64,000 bases of DNA from the human T2T-CHM13v2.0 reference genome, Homo sapiens. The stretch is taken from assembly GCF_009914755.1 (NCBI RefSeq), contig NC_060934.1; one strand, given 5' to 3'. This document shows positions 31,405 through 45,545 of the stretch, piece by piece; position 1 is the first letter of the stretch, and every line of letters starts with the position of its first letter. Under the pieces are notes generated by a model. It did no database searches. It was not told where the DNA came from and saw nothing but the letters and a program-made list of their open reading frames with translations. The translations under genes were made by a program, and so were the position numbers.

Positions 31405-33007
31405 TTCCAGTTTCTGATTCAACATGTAAGAAGATCAGAAGTTGTCATTCCCATACTTATGACATGTAAAAGTTGGACAAACTAAAACTCAGGGACTTTT
31501 CTTGGACTCACCAGACACCTGAGTTTGTGAAAATGAATTCTGAAAAACTAGAGGCTGAAGGAACTGTACGTAAGTACTGTACTCTAGTTGATAAAGTACT
31601 GTACTCTAGTTGATAAAGTACTTATTTTCCATGGAGATATGGGTTAACAGTTCTGAAATCATATCATATATAGTATAATTGAATGTTTTAAGAAACTGAT
31701 GGTAGTTGGTGGAAGCCAGATTTGTTGAAGTGAGAGTTTAGAGATGAGTAAGGGGAGGAGACTAGAATGATCCATGTGGTAATTAATGGAGTAGAGTTGG
31801 ATACAACAGCATGAACTCCTATTTAGATCGACATATATATCAATGTTTACATATGGAAACATTTATAGATATGCATATATACATGGAATAGCATATTCAC
31901 ATGCAGATCTTTGCCCTGTCAGTTGAGAGAGCCTAGAAGCAACGACACCCCAGTATCTATGAGCACACCTGTAACTCAGATCTTGGTTTCTAAAACTATT
32001 TTCCAATTTTTACTGGAGCCAGGGTCCCTTGAAAAAATAAGTGGCTTATTCTAAGACTACAGCAGGGAATATACAAGATGAGCTGGAGCAGCTTGCCAGG
32101 AAATATAAAAAATGCTAAAAAAATGACAATGATATGGGCATGTCATAATATTCAGAAGCCAACTGGAAGAGTTCCCAATTTTCAAAGCTGGAACAATTTG
32201 AGCAACAAAATAAAGTTAGATTGGACTGTAACCCAGTGTATTAAATGGAAATCCATGTGCATATGTTGGTATAAAAAATGATTCCATAAGTAAATAAACG
32301 GGAAAAATAGACAAATCTCTCATGCAGAAAAATTTCAAATAATTTATTTTGCTACTCCATCTACATAAATAATTGAGATGAAACGTAACTTCTTACTCCT
32401 TAAATGTAGGCTACACATAGTGACTTTTCTTCCAGAGAGCAGTGTATGGAAACAGAAAAAAAAAAAGTAACATTACAATTGAGAAACCTGACAAGCACAT
32501 GTCAAGTAAGGTGATCAAGGTTAATATCAACAGTGATAAGTCATATTGATATGCTATTATAATAGCACTCTATTTCTCTGGTTTTCTCTCAGAAATAAAT
32601 TACCCTAGTCTAGTCATGAGAAAATCATCAGCCAAGTCCCGATTGAGGAACATTCTACAAAATACCCAACCAGTAATTCTCAAAAGTGTCAAGGTGATTA
32701 AAAACAAGAAATGTCTGACAAACTGTCATAAACAAGGAGAGCCTGAGGAAACTATTAAATGTGATGTGGCATTCCAGATGAGGGATTTGAATAGAAAAAC
32801 AGCATTGTTTAAAAACTGAGGAAATCTGAATGAAGTATAGACTTTAGTTAATATTGCTTCAGTGTTGATTCATTCATTGTGACGAACGTACTGTACTAAT
32901 GTAAGATGTTGATAGGTGAAACTTGGTATGGAATATAAGTGAAATTTCTCTACTATCTTCACAATAATTCTGTGAGCCTAAAACTATTCTAAAATAAAAT
33001 ATTTAAA
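31405..33007 (+). mobile_element. L1MC3/L1MD-like 3' end preceded by a short L1M 5'-end-like segment
   Basis: gagcctagaagcaacgacacccc and gagaaacctgacaa...ggtgatcaaggttaatatcaacagtgataagtcat; ends aaactattctaaaataaaa. Confidence 0.75.
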
Positions 33008-34149
33008 CACTACAAATAGAATAAAGAGAAAACATGTAAACCATTATTTATTTCATCAGTTTACTTGTTTTGAAAATAATTCTGTGCTTCTTCTATTTCC
33101 TGAATTTTATAAGAAATAAATATGTGAGAAAATTCAACAACCAGTACTCAACCAAGTCAGGTGTGAAGATACTCACTTTTCATCTTCTTTGCATCCCAAC
33201 ATAATTATTTCAGCTTTAGAGAATGTGGTTTTGTTGAGGCAAAAGTATATTTTGAATGCTGATGATGTAGGTTTGGGTGGAATTCCTATTAAGGAATGAT
33301 CAAATGATCTGGAAAGTAGCAACTGTTTTTGAGATTCTTATTTAAAGATTTAAATAATTTCATGGACATTAAAGTATTTTGTAAACTATATAGATTTCAG
33401 TATAAATATAAATCATTGTTATCGTGTATGAACTCATTAATTTATTTTTTCATTAAAAGATAAGCTTTTATACATTGTCTTCTCCACCCCCACCACCCGC
33501 CACCTCTCTCTATATATAGAGACTGGGGGGAAGAGAACCGGAAGAGAATGTATAATATTCTATATATATATATGTACATATTTTTTAACCAAGCCCTATG
33601 CACTGAACAGAACTACAATTTCAGTTTTGAAACTGTCTTTCTGAACTATTTTACTCCTCATCGGGCAGCCCCGTGGAGGTTTTACTGTTTAAGTTTTACT
33701 TCCTATTTCTCCTGAGAGTATAGAATGGCATTGAAATGGCAGAGCCATTCAAACCATCTGAATTGATCCAATATTTCAATTCTTCCAACTTTTTTGGTGC
33801 CTTTTAGGATAAGGCTATTTCTTTACCTATGTCTGTCTTTCAGGAGCAGGTTCTTGCATCAGATCAATTTTGTGAACTGGTTTGTTTCACCTGTGAATGA
33901 GTTACAGGTCCTGTATATCATGGTCCTTCTAGGACCCACCCTCATCTTGATAAACAGACGCTGGAGGTTTAGATGCACCTGTGGATGATAGAGGACACTC
34001 AACTTTGCAAATGGAATGTGTTGTCTGGAGGATGCCATCATAGAAACATGTGGTTCCACTTAGTATTTAGTGTTTTGAACAGATATTGAGGAGCAGGAGA
34101 CCCTGAAAGGTCTCCATAGTGAGAGTGTGCCAACCAGAGGGCATGTTAC

Positions 34150-35005
34150 TTCTTTTTTACATTCAGTTGTCTCACTAGCACCTCAAACTCAACATAGCCA
34201 AGTTGAAATTATCATCCTCCTTCCATATTGTGCCATCCCCCTATTCCTGATGAATGACATCACCATCCATCCATTGACCAAATTGCAATCGTATGAGTCA
34301 TCTTTGACACCTCCTCCTCTCTCTCATCTGACTTGCAATCCCCAAATCCAGTTGATTCCAATGTTCCTAAACATCTCTCAGAGTATTCAATGCCATTTGA
34401 CTCGGCAGGGAAATGTGATAAACAATAAAGCTACTGTAACAGCTTACTAATATTGACCAAAGGTCATCCCCTTCCAATCCATTCTCCACAGAACAAAGCC
34501 ATTCTAAAATACAAAGATGATCATGCCACTTCCTGCAATCTCCCAGCCATGCCCATTGTATGACTCCTATGCTGAATGACTTTAAGTTTCTTTAATATTA
34601 CATGCTCTCTTTCCCACTGTGGGTTCTACAGATGCTGTTTGCTGTGTCTGAAACATCCTACTGTTCCTCTCTCCACTTACCAACTAAGCTTTCATCTTTC
34701 ATCCTCCACCTAATCTCTACTCTCCTTTCAGGATCATCAGAGGTATTACCTCTTACAAATATCTTTCCCTGCCTTCCAAATCCTGTCTCCAAAGCCTGGA
34801 TTATGTACTTATTATAGGTTCCCACATTGCACTCAGTACATTGTCTCCACCCTCTACTAGCTTGGAAAAATCTGCGAGAGCAAGAAGTATGTCTGTTTAT
34901 GTTAGAGTTACCTCTAATGCCTGACTTGATACCTGACAACATAGTGTTGCTCAATCAATAATTGTAAATACCTGAATTATTAATGCATGAATAAATAAAT
35001 GATTT
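34150..35005 (+). mobile_element. L2 (L2a-like) 3' portion
   Basis: cacctcaaactcaacat, gagtcatctttgacacctcc, and terminal gctcaat...tgaataaataaatga. Confidence 0.72.
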
Positions 35006-35243
35006 GGTAAATATACAAATGTATGTATTAAAAACAGGAGAGAAAGAAATGGAAATATTTGTATAACCAGAACATCAGGCAATTAGCATTAGGAAAGCTT
35101 TTTTTTTCTTGTTTAAGTAGGTTAAAACAGGCCTTAAAAGACAAAAAATCGTGGAACATTAAGATCTCTCTCCTTTCCCCCCTCCTCCTTCTACCTGTGT
35201 GTGTGTGTGCACGCATATGTGCACTTGTTAAAGGTAGAGAGAG

Positions 35244-35587
<344 letters not shown>

Positions 35588-36369
35588 TCAAGGCAGGGAC
35601 CTAGGTTTCCAGAACCCAAAAGGAGCATTGGGAGTTTGTCACTGAGACCTCAGAGGCAGAGCCCAAGACCAGAACTGAACTATTACTATGCGGACTTGAT
35701 GTTCAATGAATCAATCGCCTAAGTATCCCTAAATGCTCCACTACCCTGTGCCTCTCTACAAACCCCATTATAATTCATTCCCAAGCCATGATCAGAATTG
35801 GCTCATCAGTTTGTGCGGTGGTAATGAGGAAGGGGTAGGAAGTTGGGATTCAGTGGGTCTACCATAAGGCAGAAGAGGAAGCAAATCAGACACATTCCAA
35901 TGATATTATCTGTTTGGTTTTGCCCATATCTGATTTTCGAAGTCTTCTATGTACTGAAATCAAATATCTCACATTAAAAAAAAAAAAAAAGCTTTTAAAG
36001 ATTGTAGGTTGACACAGCATAGAATATCCCTTCCTTCTTCTAGACCAGTAGCATTCAAAGCTACCTGGTAGTGTAATTAAGATTTTACATATTTCAAGCT
36101 TCTTCACTGTAACTCACAGCAGCTTGGAAGGTAGGAGTAAGCTTCATGACAATGATCCTCTGCATTTTGATGGGTACAAGCTGTTCTTTGATATCATGGA
36201 CACCCCAGCTTTTCAAAAGAAGATTCTTGGCTGTTTAGCAGTTCAGCCAATCCATGTAATTGCTTTTTCCATGTTACATAAGAGTAAAAGTCTCCTATAA
36301 TTATAGGGATAAAAGAGACTTGATACTTTCCAGATCACCAGAGCAGGAAGAAAGAAGAAAAGCATGACT

Positions 36370-36600
36370 TTTTGGAGTGATTACTCATCACATGCCAGAC
36401 ACAATGCTGAAAACTTTGTATCCATCATATTTTTATGCCACGAAAACCCTGTACAGAAGACATAAGCACCCCCATTTTACAGATGAGGGCCCTGAGACTA
36501 GGGGAAGACAAAGAATTCCTCAAAGTTAGTTTACTTAGTACAAATTAGAATTGGTCTTTAAACTGACTCCAAGGAGGATGGCCTTTTTTACTCTACCACA
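36370..36600 (-). mobile_element. MIR
   Basis: ccccattttacagatgagggccctgagact core. Confidence 0.68.
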
Positions 36601-36684
36601 TCCCCTCTCCAACACTATTGGTTTGATTTTCTGTTACAGAAGTACAGGAAGACAGTGTTTCTTTTCTAGCTATGCAACAATGAC

Positions 36685-36895
36685 ATGTGGTGGTTGAAAG
36701 CATGGCCTCTGGAGCCAGACTGCCTGTGACCATTTACTTTTTCTTGAACTTGAACTTATACTTTAGTTTCTCTGTGCCCTAATCTTCTCAAGTGCAACTG
36801 GGGTTAATAATGGTCCCAGCACTGTTGAAAGGACTAAATGACTTTGCACCTATAAAGAGCTTTGTATTTTAAGTGCTCCATAAATGTTCATGTTG
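36685..36895 (+). mobile_element. MIR
   Basis: agcatggcctctggagccagactgcctg...tctctgtgcc. Confidence 0.68.
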
Positions 36896-37447
36896 TAGTT
36901 GTCATTGCTATTGTTGTTGTCTGTGAGGCCTTTTCACAGAGGCATGGCCTCGCAGAATAGGGACAAGCATGCTTTAATGCTACTCCTGTCTTCTTAATTC
37001 CCAGTAGCAGAAAAACTGGAAGACTCCTTTGCCAAGGGTTATTATTTTTTAATCAATCTACGTAGGGTTTATACATAGATGATGACAGAGAGAGGTAGGT
37101 ACAGTTATTTATAGCCTGTGAGTCATTATGAAAAGTCACTCTTTCTTTGCTTGGTCAGAGCAGTGAGAATGCATATATCTGCAACTCCATGTGTGTAGAA
37201 CTAGCAGCTTAAACTGGAAAGATGACCTATTGCCTTAGTCTTTCCCAGAGAGAGGCTTGCCCTACACCCCCTTTTTCAGCCTGCCCAGGCTAATGCAACT
37301 AGCGATGGCAAGGCAAACAGGGCAGGCTGCCATGCATTTTAGGGGATTTGAGCAGTCAGGCAGATCATTCAGGGAGAGATTGTTTTAAAGGTTTAGCTAA
37401 AAGCCATTTATCCACCTCATTTCAAGCACAGTATTGGCTCCAAAGTA

Positions 37448-37779
37448 CAGTTGGTCCTCCATATCCATGGGTTCTGCATCCATGGATTCAACCAACTATG
37501 GATAGAAAATATTTGGAAAAGAAAACTCCACCAAGTTCCAAAAAACGAAACTTGAATTTGCCATATGCCAAATATATCAAATCCATGCTAATGAAGTGAT
37601 GTGTAGGCATTGTATTAGGGATTATAAGTAATTCAGGAATGATTGAAAGTATATAGGAGGATATGTGTAGGCTATAGGCAAATAACACACCTTGTTGTAT
37701 AAGAGACTTTAGTAGCCTTCAAGTTTGGTATCTACAGGGGATCCTGGAATCAATCCCCAAGCATATCCAGGGACAACTG
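37448..37779 (-). mobile_element. MER2B-like TcMar-Tigger element
   Basis: TIRs cagttggtcctccatatc and atatccagggacaactg. Confidence 0.82.
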
Positions 37780-38754
37780 TGCTATATTGTGATGAAGTTC
37801 CACCACTTAGCTTTATAGCTGAGGACTACAAGCTCCAATTATCTTAGGGAATATTCTGGTGACCAAATAAATAAAAACTTTCTAAAAAGTGATAGTCACT
37901 TGAGCATCCAAGAAGTATCTATCACATCCTTAAGTCATTCCATTTTCCTTTATATCTCTCTGGGTGAGCCATCTTGTCCTGAATACAATTTGTAATGCCG
38001 GGTAATTACTTCCTGACAGAAATTTCTTCCCATTTCATTCTCTGTGTGTTAAGCTCATTTGATTACAACAAACAAAACAAAATTCAGGGACATTGATTAA
38101 TGCAATAAGAGCAAAATAAGTAATTAAAATTAACAAGTTTCTAACTTTGAGGCCTGGCCTCTCTCACAGAGTCTGTGGCAATATTAAAGTGTGATTCTAG
38201 CAGAATAAAAACAGTTCTTGTCTCCTGAAATGTGAATAATCCTCAGTAGATCTGCCTTTGGATTGGACATCCATTGAACATGTCTCAACTGCACTGTGTC
38301 TCTTTGTCTTTATTTTCTTTATCTTTGGGTCATTCCCCCAATTCTAACTGACCTTTGTTATCCTTCTGGTCTCCAGTTTAGTTTTCTGGGAAGGGCTCTC
38401 CCTGGCTCAGTTCCTCAGCACCATCACTACTTGAGCAGAGCTTTTCCACCTGAAGTGCTCAAAGGACTGCCCATCTGTCCTTGCTCAGGGACCCCCAACA
38501 CGGACTGCAAGGCTTTAGAAGTTGGATCCCCAGCACAGAGCTCTAATCATAGGTGCCGCAGAGGCCTTGTCTCCTTGCTGGTGCTGAAGGGTGGTGGCTT
38601 CCATAGCCTGACAGTCTCTTTATTTACCCAGCACAATAAAGGAACTAACATTATTCTTGTGGCAATTCAAAAAAATACTTAAAAATTAGTTTGAGACATT
38701 ATTTAAATTTTTATTATACATCCCCTGACAAAATAATTTTTATTTATGGAATGT

Positions 38755-39985
38755 ATTTTTTTATTTTACTTTAAGTTCTGGGATACATGTGTAGAACATG
38801 CAGGTTTGTTACATAGGTATACACGGGCTATGGTGGTTTGCTGCACCTATCAACCTGTCATCATTATTTCTCCTAATGCTATCCCTCCCCTGGCCCCCAC
38901 CCCCTGACAGGCCCTGGTGTGTGATGTTCCCCTTCCTGTGTCCATGTGTTCTCATTGTTCAACTCCCACTTATGAGTGAGAACATGTGCTGTTTGGTTTT
39001 CTGTTCCTGTATTAGTTTGCTGAGAATGATGGTTTCCAGCTTCATCCATGTCCCTGCAAAGGACATGAACTCATCCTTTCATATGGCTGCATAGTATTCC
39101 ACAGTGTATATGTGCCACATTTTCTTTATGCAGTCTATCATTGATGAGCATTTGGGTTTGTTCCAAGTCTTTGCTATTGTGAACAGTGCTGCAATAAACA
39201 TACGTGTGCGTGTGTCTTTATAGTAGAGTGATTTATAATCCTTTGGCTATATACCCAGTACTGGGATGGTTGGGTCAAATGGTATTTCTGTTTCTAGATC
39301 CTTGAGGAATCACCACACTGTCATCCACAATGGTTGAACTAATTTATACTCCCACCAACACTGTAAAAGCATTCCTGTGTCTCCATATCCTCTCCAGCAT
39401 CTGTTGTTTCCTAACTTTTTAATGATTGCCATTCTAACTGGTATGAGATTGTATCTCATTGCAGTTTTGATTTGCATTTCTCTAATGACCAGTGATGATG
39501 AGCTTTTTTTCATATGTTTGCTGGCTATATAAATGTCTTCTGTTGAGGAGTGTCTGTTCATATCCTTTGCCTACTTTTTGATGGGTTTTTTTTTCTTGTA
39601 AATTTGTTTAAGTTATTTATAGATTCTGCATATTAGTGCTTTGTCAGATGGATAGATTGCAAAAATTTTTTCCCATTCTGTAGGTTGCCTGTTCACTCTG
39701 ATGATAGTTTATTTTGCTGTGCAGAAGCTCTTTAGTTTAGTTAGATCCCATTTGTCAATTTTGGCTTTTGCTGCCATTGCTTTTGGTGTTTTAGTCATGA
39801 AGTCTTTGCCCATGCCTATGTCCTGGATGGTATTGCCTAGGTTTTCTTCTAGGGTTTTTATAGTTTTAGGTCTTAAGTTTAAGTCTTTAATCCATCTTGA
39901 GTTAATTTTTGTATAAGGTGTAATGAAGGGGTCCAGTTTCAGTTTTTCTGCATATGGCTAGCCAGTTCTCCCAACACCATTTATT
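38755..39985 (-). mobile_element. L1PA (about L1PA7/8), 5'-truncated, ~1.2 kb
   Basis: Clear primate L1 3' UTR; ORF 39310..39561 is the ORF2 C-terminus ([23 protein letters not shown]...RCWRG). Confidence 0.95.
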
Positions 39986-39996
39986 TTTATCTATTT

Positions 39997-40212
39997 CAGG
40001 GATCAGCAGGGTTTTTTTTTTTTTAAAAAAGTAAATCTCAAACTTGTTCAAAGAGTAAATATCTAGGCTTTGTTGACTTTTACTCAAGTCTGCTATTGTA
40101 GTACAAAAGCAACCATAGACAATACAAACAAATAGATGTGGCTGTACTCCAATAAAACTTTATTTACAAAAGCAGCTGTGTTTGGCTCCTGGGCTGTAAT
40201 CTGTGGAGCCTG
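39997..40212. mobile_element. MER58A (hAT-Charlie)
   Basis: aaagcaaccatagacaatac...tgtggctgtactccaataaaactttatttacaaaa. Confidence 0.82.
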
Positions 40213-41007
40213 ATCTTTCCCAGTGCATGTGTACCCATGCTGTGCTCACACCCCCTCACACTCCATACCCATTTTGTACATCTGTGTTCCTTTGTTGCCT
40301 ATATTGCATAGCTCACTAATCTGAGAAGGCTGGATTTCACCGAATTGCATGGGAGTCCCACTGTTGTCAAGACACTCATGGTCTGTTAAGTGGAGGCAAA
40401 ACATGAACTATCTATAGGAGAACCAATGTCTCAGAATCATCAACAAATGCATGCATTTGGGAGAAATTTCTAGTATTCTAAAATGGATCGTTTTATCCTA
40501 GAAATGGTGAGAATGGCACTCTCATCACACAAAGCACACATATCTGCTTAGGTACAGACATTTGCTGAATCCGAATTATAATGTCCTCTTCTGCCAACCC
40601 TGTAAGATGCTCACATGCTAATGGTAGGGGTGGAGGAATGGTATGAAACATGAAATATCTTCTGCTTTGACAACTGTCTTAACTCTGTTGTTCTCTCCTA
40701 AAATAAAGTTGTGCTTTGAGCCACTCTATCTAAAACCAGGCTGTCATTTCTATGTCCTAAGGGATGCAAGTACCGTTTTACCTTTCAGAAAGCAAATTTT
40801 AAAACAATCCCCAGGTATAAGATTTATCTTTCCGAGCAGAGGATCTGCAAACAGTGCCTGCGGACGTGTTTACTGGTTAAATTTTATTCCAACTATGAGC
40901 TACTAAGTCTTCCAGCAATTGTTCTTTCTTAACAAGTTTGTCTTCCTTGGTGACTGATGGTTTCTACTTGTTCACTTGATCAGTGTAGCATTTGATTCCA
41001 ACAGAAA

Positions 41008-41461
<454 letters not shown>

Positions 41462-44266
41462 TTAGATCGTTCATAATTGTTGGGTTCATCCAGGAGTGTC
41501 ACTTTGTGAACTTTTTCTCAAGGTAATAACATGTGTGAGTAGCACGAGGCATTAAAAGAAAGAAGAGAGATGGGAGTGTCCTTTAGATGTCCTCAGTACT
41601 GTTGTTAGAACCTGCACACCAGTTTTTTATTCACAGTTTCCCCTTGTGTGGCAATTTATTTGCAGTGTAGCTGGTAATATTTGTGACATAGAATATGTTA
41701 TGCTATGACGTACCTACTATGGTTAGCATAGTGGTGGAATTTAAGAAGGGATATTTAATTAATAGAATTTATAAACAGGACTATCTATCTTCAGAGACAC
41801 TTCAGGGATAACGATAAACTTCAGAGATACTGAGAATTGCAAGGGGATCTCAGTCTAATGACTTTTGAGTGCCTTTTCGGATGTGAACAAACCCAGCAAT
41901 AGGGTGGATAATATGCCTTAACTGGGTCCCCAAGATACTTGATTGTGTATATTGTCTGGATGTTCAGGAACACATGGTCTTAATTTCTTAGATGTCTCTA
42001 TTGTGTGTGCCAGTTTAGAGTTCAGTCTGGGTGCATTTATGTTATATAGTTTTTTCCATATTTTCTTTTAGGGTATAGGAACAAAACAGTCAGCAAAACT
42101 TCCAAGGTGCTTGCAGATCAAAGTGAAGATAAATAATGAGTGGAGTGATTGCAACACAAGGTGACACTTGATCCAATGGAGGTTACCGTCACTGGCTTTC
42201 CTAGAAGCTCATACTGGGAACCCCATCTATGGGACTCGTGGTGGGTGGTGGGGGATGACAGAAAACTTCCTCTTCATGAAAATCTTAGGTCTAAATGACA
42301 TGCTTATAGTTTGGTGGATGGATTGAGAGAAGCAGGGAGGCCTTTCCAGGCAGAAGGAACAAAATGTACTGTCATTTGGAAGTGACAGCAGGATGCACTG
42401 ACAGGAGCCTGGAGCAGAGTGTAGGAGGCGATGGCAAAAAGAAAGACTCACAGGTTAAGACAGGCCCAGGGCATGAAGGACGAGCAGCCACTCCACACAT
42501 CCCCTCCACTAACTGCTTTGTTCTGCTCCCTCTTGCAGTACCAATACTATCCAATTTTTGTCTATACTAGAAATTTGGGAGCCATGCCCGATCCAATTTC
42601 CTTCATATCACCCATTTACTCCATCAGCAGGAATAGAAAGCTTACCAACTTTATTTACATATTCATCCATCCTTTATTGATAAAATAAATTTATTTTTGA
42701 GATACTTTCCATCTGACTTCAAGGTTAAATAAATGTTAATGAAGGAGGTAATGAAGCAAGACATGCTTGAACTTTGGAGCCAGACACAATTTGGGTTGGA
42801 ATCTTGCCTCTACCTTTCACCTTCTGAGTATATAACCTTGGGAAGCTGTCTTGGGATCTTCAGACCTCAGAAAAGAGCACAAAGAAGTTAATTATATGTT
42901 CCTCAGAGTACCTGCCACAGAATTATTAAATATTCAATAGTGGAAATTCCTATATCCTCACTTCTCCTTCTAGTTTTCATTTCTCTCCTGAAACTTCGTT
43001 CATTGCATTTTGAAACCTTCATTGACTCTTCTATTGGATTTTGAGGTCCTTGAGGGCCAAGGTTATTGTTAGGGCTTTTTTGTTTTGCTTTGTTGTTGTT
43101 TTTTAATAAAACACTTTCTGTGTTTATGTTTCTAGTTTTGCTCAGTTTTGGTTTGCACGGGAGTCTCCTGCAGTCTGCCGTCTGAGTGCAAGAGGGAGGA
43201 TGAATGATATCCCTTTCAGCTTCCTCAGGTGTGGGGAAAAGATTAGGAAAAGAGCAAACATTTATGGCAATCTGGAGTTACAGCATGTGTTTGAGTCCCA
43301 GGTATTTTCCTCATACATCGTTTAGCCTCTTTGAGCTTTTGTTTCTTCATTTGTGAAATGAAGATAAAATTCTTCTACCTTATCTGGCCTATAGGATCAT
43401 CCCTGGATATTTGCCTTGAACAGTTTACAGTCTTAGCTCCCACCTGCCCATGGGAAGGACCACAGGGATCTTGTGCAGCATCCCCAAATCTTCTGCAGCA
43501 GCACTCCAAGTTCCATCTCCTTCTCTCCATTCTTTCACCTGCTTTCCGACAGGTTTCATTCTGTGGCCAGTACTTTGTTTTCCTCTCTATGGCGGCTGTT
43601 TGAAATTTAGGTTTCCGTAGGACAGCCTTCTTACTTTGCAATTCTGACCTCACCGCTACACACCATAGTTCACATTACCCTCACCTTCATTAATGTCTCT
43701 AACAGCAACAATACAAATTGAGTAAATTCAATTTAGGGTGATTGAGATGTCACCTGTTTTTATTCTTTCCATAAATTCAAGCAAGATATGTTAACAATTG
43801 TTCGGATGTCATAATGTTATGCTAGAAGTTATTGGGCTCTTTAATTGAATGTTCTCTTAATTTGGGCATTGGTAAGGTACCAATTTGAGTATGCAGACTT
43901 GATAGCTGGGTTTGCCACCACCCTGAGCTAGTAGTGTATGTGGATGGCATAAAGAACATGTTGGATCTTTCCACCTCTGACTGGGGCTCTCTGTGGCCAG
44001 CATCCAACTCAGCAGGATCAGATGATTCCGGAAACACTGACTGCTTCTCTCCTGCAAGCTCACAGTGGAGCGTCTGGCACTCCCTGAGATCCCTGCCCTG
44101 CATGGCTTTTTACACAAACTGAACAAATCACATTCTCTAAATGAGAGAAGTGCAGCTCTGTTACATTTCAATCTTCTAAAGAGGAGGAAGGTCACTCGTC
44201 AGAGACCTTGTGGTCATCAGCAAATAGGGTGATCCAGGATGAAGACACACAGGCAGTAAATGACGG

Positions 44267-44417
44267 TTTCTTCCTCCTCTCCCTTCTCCTCCTTTCCCCT
44301 TGATATCCAGTCTTATCTTCTCCCTTCCTTTCTAACTCTCCTTTTCCAATCTGTTCTTCACTCGCCTTTCTTCTCTTCTCTTCTTTCCCTTCTTCTCTCC
44401 CTCTTTATTCTTCTTCC
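44267..44417. repeat. CT-rich polypyrimidine tract
   Basis: About 150 nt almost entirely C/T on the + strand. Confidence 0.9.
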
Positions 44418-44638
44418 AGAAATCTTTAAATGAGTCATGATTCAAGTGAAAAAAGATTCTTAGCTAACTCACATATGGAAGCAGCAAATTTTCTCAGATT
44501 TTGAGCTCCTTGAAAGCTGAGCAGCATAGGAGCCTTCACAACCCTGTAGTCCAGGCAGCAGTAGAGGCATTTCTCTCCAGTTCCTGGGAATCTCATCCGA
44601 CAGTCAACTTGTGTTGACAGAGTGAGTAGGACTGTGGC

Positions 44639-44666
44639 TTTTATTTATTTATTTATTTATTTATTT
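44639..44666. repeat. (TTTA)n microsatellite
   Basis: Read directly. Confidence 0.9.
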
Positions 44667-45290
44667 GCATCTGGATCTTGGGAAGTAAGCATGTGGCATA
44701 AGCTGGGTTTCTTACATTGCCCTAAGTCATTGTCACAAGTAGAAAGAAGTATGGTTGTACCTCTGCTGCACAACCACTCAGGCAACTGTTCCTAATGTCT
44801 TCTCTGAGGCCTTCTTTGTCACTTCCCAAGTCTCAGGTATGGGCAAATTATCCTCTATCCTACCCCATTATATTTGAATTCCAATTTGCTCGTAGTTCAT
44901 TAACACCTACCACACTATTTCCTATTTATTTTGTGTCCATTCGCCAGCTAGATTGCAGAAGTTGTGTAATTGTGCCTCATTCGTCTTTATAGCCAAAGTA
45001 TAATCCTAGAACAGTTTCTAATGTCAGATGCATCAGGGAACCCAATAAATGTAGATGGTAACGTTATGCTAATCTTACATTTTAATTCTATTAGTGGTGA
45101 AATCTTTATGACTTAGTCCTGTGAGTTGCATTGAAAAATTGATCTAAGCACCTCTTTTGTGTTGGAAAGGAGATATATTTTCAAAATTTTTAAATATTAA
45201 TACATTTTTAGCATGGCATATGATCGTTTTGAAATACTTATTTCAATATCCCATGTTCTAAAATAGAGTGTATTAACAGAAAATTTGAGA

Positions 45291-45545
45291 TGTGGTAAGG
45301 CCAACTGATCATGAAATGATTGCCATTGAAAAGATAATGGTCTTGAGTATGGAATCCCAAAAAAGGAGGTAAATGGGGGTCTGGGCTCTGGATTGGGTTG
45401 GTTTTTATTTGAAAAGTGTGTGCTCGGGCAATTTATTTTCTATCTCTAGGAACTGGTTAGTCCTGAGAGGGGAAATTCCTTCAGGGTCAGGAAGAACCAG
45501 ATATCAAAGAATCAGAAATACAAAATAAAAGATAGACTTAATGCA
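45291..45545 (-). mobile_element. Internally deleted ERVL-type LTR (MER54/MER74/MER76 group)
   Basis: tgtggtaaggccaactgatca...tgccattgaaaagata and ctatctctaggaactggttagtcctg. Confidence 0.55.

Noticed and set aside
33507-33522. 16-bp palindrome tctctatatatagaga
   Set aside because: Low-complexity dinucleotide origin
43822-44195. Three overlapping ORFs in GC-richer unique sequence
   Set aside because: Short, no recognisable protein, no convincing splice framing
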